Position numbers and translations under genes: made by a program. A stretch of 50,025 nt of DNA from Spirogloea muscicola (lineage: Eukaryota), in NCBI GenBank assembly GCA_009602725.1, contig WELB01000012.1, forward strand, positions 1,052,125 through 1,102,149. The letters are read 5' to 3'. A model generated the notes under the pieces. The model saw only the letters and a list, made by a program, of their open reading frames with translations. It was not told where the DNA came from and searched no databases. Positions 11,717 through 20,261 of the stretch are shown here, piece by piece. The number at the start of each line of letters is the position of its first letter. The stretch's first letter is position 1.

Positions 11717-12576
11717 CCCCTTTCCTCAAGGAGCGATATATTGTACTGCCATTACGATGTGCGCTTGGCCCCCACTGGCTATGCGCGCCTTCTCTTGTCA
11801 ACTTTTTGGTGTGCAAAGCCTGCAGATTGACACAAACGAACACAGCCTAGGAGGCCAGCTGAATTCTACATGACAAACAGAGAATAGGCTGCTGCGAGGT
11901 TCGCCTGTGACACTGAAGTGGGTTTTGGACTGGATCAGGTGTGATTAATTTCTTCAGCATTGAATTGCTTACAACTGATCCTTACCGCACCCAGATGTCT
12001 GTGGTACACGACAGATCAAGCTTCACAGAAGCACTCTCAATGCTGAACATCTTTGTGGAGGGTTCTAGTGAAGGTCTCAGGGGGGGCTTAGCATTGTTTG
12101 AGGCCCAGGCTGCCAGCCTCACAAGAGCATACCCCTTCTGATCACATGCAGCACTTGGTACACAGCTGGCAGTAGCATCCAGGCAACATCATTCAATTTT
12201 CTCTGAGGTTGCATATGGAGTGCCAGCTCCCAACCACGAGGCAAGCAAGCAAGCTTTTTTGCTTGCTTGCCTTGACTAGTTGGAAAGAGCATGGATGCAG
12301 GCCATGACGAACCTGTACAGCTGCTTGAAGCAGTTCAGTATTTCAAGCATTGTCAGGAGACTTGTGGAGAACTTTCGATGGACCACTGCAAGGACTGGGA
12401 CTTCGCTTTGAGGAAAAGAATGCTATGTACAAGTAAGGTGTCCTCGTTTGTTGCACTTCACCAAATGCACATCTGTGTCAGGCTCAGAAGAGCTTCTGAT
12501 CAGATACGAAGTAGAGGATTGCATGAGCAACAATAACAACCTGCTCATACAGACTAAAGCTACTAGTCTAGAACTC

Positions 12577-13574
12577 CTACGTCTTGCTATTGTCTGCCAA
12601 TTCACTGTGGATCAGATCAAAGGCTGCATCCAGCTGCTCCTGTACCAGATTTGTCCCCCTCTCCTTGAACTCCAGCATGGGGGAGAAGGGCACTGTAAGA
12701 GCATTGAATATCTGCCAAAATCAGAAGCGGCCGTGAGGTTGACAATCGGCACATGCAGATACTGGCATCCAGCCGCAAAAGACCCCCACAGAGGTCTGCC
12801 TGTCGGAGGAGCATGGAGCCGATGCCCACCTGGGAACGGAGGCGGCCAGCGTGCCGCTGCAGGTGCACGGCAGCAGCCCCCCTTGCGCGTGGCAGCGTGG
12901 TGTACTCGATGAACGCCTTGCGCAGGTCGCTGCTCACCCTCACCTGCGCAGCATGAGCAACCTCCAGCTCTGGGTCGGCTGACCCAGCTGTATACGACCC
13001 GGGTCTCGGTCCTCGGCAGCGGCGTCGCAGGGTCTAGACGTGCATGACGAGCGCCTCAGGCGGACTGTGGTGAGGAGCACCCACGTCCATCTCAGAGGAA
13101 AGTAAGAGTAACTGGCGAGCATGGCGACCGCTGCTTACGTCCTCGACGCGGAACCCGCACTGCAGTAGCAGGACCTCGCGGAGGGCGCCACGCTGTAGCT
13201 CCCCGACTAGCACCTGGCGGACCTGCGCTTGCCAAATGGGCGAGGGCGTTGGGGGTCTTCCCATATCTGCTAATTGATCCATTAAATGAACTCCTGACGA
13301 TTGGTTATACCTGGCTGTGAATCTTAATGGATTAGGTCGGAATAAGGGCTAGGTTGACGGCAGCTCGCCGCACCTGCGCGGCGACTCTGCGGTGCCGCAG
13401 GCTCGGGCCGGCGCCCGCAGCAGTGCCAGCGGAGCCTTTGCCGCCGGCAGCGCCAGGCCCTCCGGCAAGACCTGCCTGCCGCTGCTGCACCGGCGCCGCC
13501 GCCATGCCCCGAGTGGCTCTGAGAAGGGCCCGCCGAGCCACGTTGGCGCCCCCGCGCAGCGGCGCCGCCGCCAT
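12577..13574 (-). CDS. rbfA: Ribosome-binding factor A with an N-terminal organellar (probably mitochondrial) presequence, 177 aa
   Basis: Four phase-0 GT-AG exons: 13574-13374, 13222-13139, 12943-12830 and 12711-12577. They give MAAAPLRGGANVARRALLRATRGM...RHRRVAAQVRQVLVGELQRGALRE...FRVEDVRVSSDLRKAFIEY...LQRHAGRLRSQIFNALTVPFSPMLEFKE, matching the RbfA motifs R..RVA, V.VS.DL..A, L....G.LR and P.L.F. Confidence 0.8.
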
Positions 13575-13624
13575 GCTGCGCCGCTGGTGGGGCCGCCAGG
13601 CGGCGCGCCGTCGTCGGCGCCGTC

Positions 13625-14074
13625 NNNNNNNNNNNNNNNNNNNNNNNNNNNNNNNNNNNNNNNNNNNNNNNNNNNNNNNNNNNNNNNNNNNNNNNNNNNN
13701 NNNNNNNNNNNNNNNNNNNNNNNNNNNNNNNNNNNNNNNNNNNNNNNNNNNNNNNNNNNNNNNNNNNNNNNNNNNNNNNNNNNNNNNNNNNNNNNNNNNN
13801 NNNNNNNNNNNNNNNNNNNNNNNNNNNNNNNNNNNNNNNNNNNNNNNNNNNNNNNNNNNNNNNNNNNNNNNNNNNNNNNNNNNNNNNNNNNNNNNNNNNN
13901 NNNNNNNNNNNNNNNNNNNNNNNNNNNNNNNNNNNNNNNNNNNNNNNNNNNNNNNNNNNNNNNNNNNNNNNNNNNNNNNNNNNNNNNNNNNNNNNNNNNN
14001 NNNNNNNNNNNNNNNNNNNNNNNNNNNNNNNNNNNNNNNNNNNNNNNNNNNNNNNNNNNNNNNNNNNNNNNNNN
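13625..14074. other. Assembly gap
   Basis: Run of N flanked by GC-rich and (GCC)n sequence. Confidence 0.99.
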
Positions 14075-14625
14075 TCCCGCAGCCGCCGCGGCCGCCGCCG
14101 CCGGCGCCACCGCGGCCGCCGCGGCGGGTGAGGGTGGGGGTGGAGAGGTTACAGCCTGCCCTGGCAGCCTTAACGGCCTCCATTATCAGCGGCACCTTCA
14201 CGGGGTGTTAGCGCCTAACCGGGGGCCGCTCTCGGCGGACCCCGTCAGCGGCGCCCCACCTGGCCCCACCGGTCGATAGGGCCACCGATTTGACGTCTCG
14301 TGGGCCCCAGCGCTCGTTTCCACACCACGGAAGACTCCCTAAAGAGGGAAGGGCCCGTCATCGTCCCCATCTGGATTTCACACAGCGCACCGCCCACGCC
14401 GCCGCCGCCGCCGCTGCCGCCGCTGCCGCCGCCGCCGCCTGAGCCAGCATCCAAAGCCGGAGGGCGCCCGAGCTCCTCTTCCCGAGATAGGTCCTGCATA
14501 GGTCCTACGACAAGTCCGGGATCGGATCCCAGCACGGCACGGGCCCGAGGTTCTGCCAGCAGCTGCTGGGCGGACCTCTTCCTGCACTACAGGCAGCTCA
14601 AGAGCGCTCCTTGCAGATGGTGGCA

Positions 14626-14700
14626 TTTAGGGGTTAGAGTTTAGTGGGTTAGGGTTAGGGTTAGGAAGTAGGGCTAGGGTTTGAGGGCTTAGGTTTGAGA
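14626..14700. repeat. Degenerate telomere-like TTAGGG / telo-box tract
   Basis: TTTAGGGGTTAGAGTTTAGTGGGTTAGGGTTAGGGTTAGGAAGTAGGGCTAGGGTTTGAGGGCTTAGGTTT. Confidence 0.75.
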
Positions 14701-14767
14701 TCTTGGTGTTCAGTGCAATGAGGTTGTATTGCTGATGCAGGCCGTGCTGGTTGCTCGCTCCACCCAG

Positions 14768-17031
14768 GTCCATCGCCATGGCGGCGCCGGCCGGTGCCCT
14801 CCCGGACCTCCAGCTGCTGGCGCTGTTTGGCGGCGGCGCCGTCCTGCTCCGGGGCGCCGGCTGCACGATCAACGACCTGCTTGACCGCGACATAGATGCA
14901 AAGGTGCGAAAACCGTATGCAATTGAGTGCAGGCCGCACCTGTGGCAGCCAACGAGGGCCACCTTTAAGAAGGCCAAAGGATTCTGACCAAGCCACCATG
15001 AAAACCTAAGTTGTGGAAAATCTGGTGTTCAGCTGATTTTGGGCCTCAGATTTTTTACATCAAAATGACGACGTTTGACGTTAGCCACATATAGCACCTG
15101 ATAAGATACACAGTGAAGTCGTGTAATGATTGGCTAGAACAGTACTCCGCAAGTACAGATTCTTTCAATAGTTAGTGAGCAGTGGCTATCTAGACCTATC
15201 CTTGGCGGCCAGCCACATGTGACGTGGCGCTGCTACTCCGCCGTTGTCACCTGGTTTGGGGCAGGTTGCACGAACGCGGGGTCGGCCGATCGCCAGCGGC
15301 GCCATCTCGCCCACCGCGGCGCTGGCGTTCCTCGCCGCTCAGCTCTCCTTGGGCCTCGTCATCCTTCTCCAGCTCAATCACTTCAGGTGCCTGCTCTGGA
15401 CATCTGATGATAAACCTTCATGGTCTCTGGCATCGGTAACTTGCTTCCACAAACTCCATAGCTGGCTGTAATTATGACAATGTCTCGTTTGCACTTCTTG
15501 AAATTGCAAACTAGCCACTTTAGCAAGACACTGGTCAACCCAGAGCTTGGGCAGCTTCCCTCCAAATCACTATCTGCCCAGCATGATCTGCCCCTGGAAT
15601 CTTGTCAATCCATTCGCTCTAATTGCCACCAAAACCGTTGACCTACTTTATACACCCAACCGCCAAAGCCCAAGTTGTAAGCCCGTGTATTTTTATGTGC
15701 AGCCGCTTCTTGGGCGGCTCATCGCTGCTACTCGTCTGCATCTACCCACTCATGAAGCGTGTCACATATTGGGTGAGGATTTGGCTCGTCCCACCGCTGT
15801 TCACCATTGCTGGTGCTAATGCTGTATGTTCATCTTCCGTCGAAGTAGGAGGCGCAGTTTGACAAGATTCCAAGATCCAACCATCCTTAGAAGGTCCAGC
15901 TGGTGCAAGCTCTTGAGGGTAACAGACAAGATCAAGATTCAACCGACCTCAGAAGGTCCAGCTGGTGCAAGCACTTGAGGCTAATAGACAAGACCCGCCT
16001 TTGTCTTCCAATCACTTGCTTGCTCAGCATGGCATTGACGGTCATGTATATGGGGTGGCGACATTGCTGCAGCCGCAGGCCGTCCTCGGGCTGACCTTCA
16101 ACTGGGGTGCGCTCCTTGGCTGGGCCGCCGTTCATGGGTCTCTGCACCTGCCAACAGTTGCGCCCCTGTACCTGGGCGCCGTCAGCTGGACGCTGGTCTA
16201 TGACACCATATATGCGCACCAGGTCAATCACAAAAGCTGTGTCTTGCCTTCGCCATCATTTACTTAAGCTTCTTAGCCCAGCTATCAGGGGCATCATTTG
16301 GTGGTGAGCTTTGGTATGCATATTCTCACTCTGCTCAAAAGCATGAAGTGCGGCGGTAGATGGGTGCAGGACAAGGATGACGATGTCAAGGTCGGAGTGA
16401 AGTCCACTGCGCTGAGATTTGGGGAGGCAACCCCAACCTGGCTGGCAGCGTTTAGCTGCTCCACCCTCCTTGGGCTGGGGCTGGCGGGACATGCGGAAGG
16501 ACTAGGTCTGTGATACTCGCCTCTGGTCTATTTTGTCCAGTGACTATGTTCGACGAGTTGCTTCGACAGTATGACAGTATGGTCAGGCTGTGTCTGGGTG
16601 CTTGGCAATCTGCCCTTGGTAACATCCATCATGTGTAAGTCTCATTGCCTGATGACTACATGGACATTGTTCTCAGCAGCCTCGGGGTCAATTTTTTCCA
16701 AATGGCAATTCTTGTTGCTTCAGGTTGGCCATATTACGCAGCGCTTGCGGCAGCAGGCGGCCACCTGGCTTGGCAAGTTGGGACGGTTGACACTGACAAC
16801 CGCGCCGACTGCCATGCTAAGTACGTGACTCGGACGATTGCAAATGCAGTTTAGCAAATAGCCACTGGTCTCGATCGCTTGCGACCTTGTGGCCACGCAA
16901 GTCATGCTCGCCTCTGACACGCCTCTGTGTACGTGCACTCATTTCTATATGACCTTTGTTGCAGATTCATATCAAACAAGTGGCTAGGGGCCATCGTCTT
17001 CACTGGGACAGTACTTGGCAAGCTGGCCTAG
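14768..17031 (+). CDS. COQ2: 4-hydroxybenzoate polyprenyltransferase (UbiA family, COQ2/PPT1), 5'-partial
   Basis: Exons 14768-14903, 15265-15386, 15703-15772, 16073-16222, 16370-16505, 16724-16820 and 16965-17031. Motifs: [91 protein letters not shown]. The first exon was not found. Confidence 0.93.
15861..15992. repeat. Intronic tandem repeat, two ~62-64 bp units
   Basis: GACAAGAT..CAAGAT.CAACC..CCT.AGAAGGTCCAGCTGGTGCAAGC.CTTGAGG.TAA.A is repeated inside a COQ2 intron. Confidence 0.85.
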
Positions 17032-19072
17032 CGAGCAGCTTCTGGCAGGACCTGTTCATCATCGACAAGCAAGACAGCAAGATGACTGTACTGTGATTTA
17101 TCAAGTAAGACCTAATCCACTGGTTTTACATAGTGGTTGCAGTGAGTGAAATGCCTGGACCGTGCTGCTTTTGGCAACGCAATGCCCACACCTCATTGGC
17201 CATCAACGTTCTCTGCGCGTATCTCTGTTGCACCATGTGTGGTGAATTCCAGCTTTGCACAGGCGGCCCCACACAATGTCAAGCGGCCTCTCGAGCATGC
17301 CAGGTGGGCAAGCCGGGCACTTTCACTTAGTGACTCTCGGTGGGGGCGCAGCATGCTTGATTGCATCGGATGCATTTCACAACACTGAATGCTTGCAGGC
17401 TGCGCCAGTAAATTGCGAGAGTGGCAGATCAATTGTCACTCTCAGAGTAGAGTCCATCACGCGCCATGGAGGCACTGCGGTTGCCATCTGACAAGGCTCC
17501 ATTTGCCATCAAGCAAGCATCCTATGGTCAATGTGGTCAATGTGATCGTGTCCCACAAGAATGTCAAGTGTTTTACTTGCAGCCTGCTGAAACCTGCTTC
17601 CTTGCGCAGGCTCTAGGTGGCCACCAGTCCAAGATGGCATGGAGACCTGCATGGTTGCAGATGCAGTGGAGCACAACAATCCCAGCTGGCCTAGCTGCCA
17701 CTGCGTGCGCCACAAGTGGGGCTGCTGCTCCCTGGCATCCGAAGTGGCCAAAGTAAGTCTCTGCTGCTTGGAGATGGCGCTTGCTGATGCCAAGGTACAG
17801 CCAGGTGTAAGGCCAGCCAGGTCCACATGAAGTTGGGTATATAGCTGCTTGTATTTAACTGAAGCCTCAGGCTGGGGGGGCCTGCCCAGAAGTTCTCATC
17901 AGCTGCTCACATCCTCCCCACCTTCAAACTCCCCCAGAAAAACCAGAAGAGTGAAAGAGGAGTTAGTTGAGCAATATGGTCATAGGTGCCTTCGTTTTTG
18001 TTGAGTGATGTCATTAGTGCTACTTATGGGCGTGCAAGGGGGACCCGCTATTGCTGCAGCCCTTTGGTGGAGGCGGCCTCGGTCCTGGTGCTCCAGATTG
18101 TCTTCGAAACAGATGGCTAGTAGCCAGTGGGTTTTCAGTAGCATTCCTTGGCAAGCTAGTCTACCGAGCAACTTTCTGGCAGGGCCGGCCAATGTGACGC
18201 GCAAGACACCAAGAAGACTGGACTTATCTTGCAATTAAGATGTGAACTCTTGATACTAAAAGTACGGTCACAACTCCTTGGCTATATAAACCATCTAGGG
18301 TGAGCTGCACCTGGCATCCCACTGCCTACGCACCATTGGCCATCAACATGCATCGCTTTCTCTGCACTGTTTTGACAAGATCTGAAATTCAGTCCAGTTT
18401 GCACAGGCGGCCTCAAATGTTCACTCTGTTAAGGTCACCTCCCGAGCATGCCGAGTGAGCAAGCCAGGCACATTGTGCCAGTTGACTCCAGGTGGGGGGG
18501 GCGCTGCATGAATTGTGTACATACATTGAAATCCCACCAGGAGTTCGAGTGCAGGCTGCGCCGGTGGGATGGAGGAGCAGCAGAATACTCGTCACTCAAG
18601 GAGCCAAGCACAAGCCATATCGGCGCCATGAAGAATGATGTGACAGGGTTTTACTATTGCCATGTGTCATCAAATACATTTGGTCGAAGTGTGTCTTCAC
18701 CACCTTATTCACCAAGATAAACACAAGTGGCTTCCTTGCGGCCTGCTCCAGCCTGCAGTCCTGTGCAGGCTCGCGGGGCCACTAGCCTAAAGAATGTCCT
18801 ACTTACTAGGTGCAGAATGTAAGATAATGAGGAACTCAACAATGGCAGCTGGCCATGGCTGCTAACGGCTTGCCACTATGGGACTGCGCTTTCTTACTGC
18901 ACAATGTGGGATATCAGAATGCAGGGCAGGCCGGCACCTGGTTGCCTTGCCAGGCTGCAGGAGACCTTCATCGCATTGGTGCGAGGAGTGGCAATGATGG
19001 TGTTATGGACACGCAGCGAGGGTAGCGGCCATTGAGACTGGCTCTGCTGGCGTCGCAGATCCGGTGGGCCCC

Positions 19073-19323
19073 TCATGTCACGTCGATGCCCTGGCGGTCG
19101 GCGCCGAGGAGGCGCGGGCAGGAGGCGCGCTGCTTCTGCTCGGTGACGAGCGTGGCGCGGGCGAGCGCGAGCTCCGGCGGGCGCAGCGCGGCCTCCAGCG
19201 GCGCCCAGCCGACGCAGTCGAGTAGGGCGTGGCTGGCCAGCCAGTCCTCCGGCACAAAGACCTTGCCACGGCAGCTGGCGCGGTGCGCGGCCATCCGGCC
19301 GCGGCTGTCGGGCAGCGCCGCCG

Positions 19324-19324
<1 letters not shown>
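19073..19324 (-). CDS. BIC1/BIC2-like protein (cryptochrome-interacting domain), 5'-partial
   Basis: Translates as AAALPDSRGRMAAHRASCRGKVFVPEDWLASHALLDCVGWAPLEAALRPPELALARATLVTEQKQRASC...*. This aligns by eye, almost without gaps, to the plant BIC CID pattern as recalled: R.R...HR....G.V.IP..W.....L.D.......D..L.P.....AR.ALV.E. The N-terminus is lost in the poly-T and gap. Confidence 0.72.
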
Positions 19325-19409
<85 letters not shown>

Positions 19410-19797
19410 NNNNNNNNNNNNNNNNNNNNNNNNNNNNNNNNNNNNNNNNNNNNNNNNNNNNNNNNNNNNNNNNNNNNNNNNNNNNNNNNNNNNNNNNNNN
19501 NNNNNNNNNNNNNNNNNNNNNNNNNNNNNNNNNNNNNNNNNNNNNNNNNNNNNNNNNNNNNNNNNNNNNNNNNNNNNNNNNNNNNNNNNNNNNNNNNNNN
19601 NNNNNNNNNNNNNNNNNNNNNNNNNNNNNNNNNNNNNNNNNNNNNNNNNNNNNNNNNNNNNNNNNNNNNNNNNNNNNNNNNNNNNNNNNNNNNNNNNNNN
19701 NNNNNNNNNNNNNNNNNNNNNNNNNNNNNNNNNNNNNNNNNNNNNNNNNNNNNNNNNNNNNNNNNNNNNNNNNNNNNNNNNNNNNNNNNNNNNNNNN
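19325..19797. other. Poly-T run plus assembly gap interrupting the BIC-like gene
   Basis: 85 T followed directly by an N run, flanked by GCC/GGC-rich sequence. Confidence 0.9.
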
Positions 19798-20070
19798 CGG
19801 CTGCGGCGACGGCGCTGGCGGCGCTGCAGGCAGCGGCGGCGGCGGCGACGGCGGCGGCGGCGGCGGCGACGGCGGAGCGGGAACTGTAGATGAGGGCGGG
19901 GGGCCGCGGCCTAGCGCTCTCTCCCCTCCTCCACCCTCCCTCCCGACTGGGGCGAGACCGCCTCGCCTCCGGGAGATGGGGATCAGTACAGTCCGCCTCC
20001 CTGCTGGCGGCGAGAGCCCCGCGCCCTGGCAATAAGTGCCTGCGGTGGCGCCCCCCCTCTGCAGCGGTGC

Positions 20071-20080
20071 GCCACGTGTC
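20071..20080. promoter_or_regulatory. G-box (GCCACGTGTC) upstream of the BIC-like gene
   Basis: CACGTG at 20073-20078 in the GC-rich island 5' of the minus-strand gene. CCAAT boxes on the minus strand lie at ~20117 and ~20171. Confidence 0.45.
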
Positions 20081-20261
20081 GAGTCCGCGCAATAGCGGAT
20101 CCGAGGCCGTGCGACGATTGGCGGAAAGCGGTCGGGCCGTCCACTTCGTGGGCCCCGCCGGCGGCGCCCCATTGGTCGGCGAGTCGTGCGGCCAGGAGCG
20201 GCCCCCCCGGAGGTGGGGGCCCTTGACTGTCCGACGGAAGGCGAGGGGGCAAGGTGGGCTC

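Noticed and set aside
13332..14279. Long ORFs spanning N-gaps (also 19032-20419 and 43668-44761)
   Set aside because: Their length comes from translated Ns; only the flanking exons are interpretable.
14626..14700. True chromosome end
   Set aside because: The tract is short, degenerate and internal to a gene-dense region.
19325..19409. Poly-Lys or poly-Phe coding tract
   Set aside because: It is a pure homopolymer directly adjoining Ns and is most likely an artefact.
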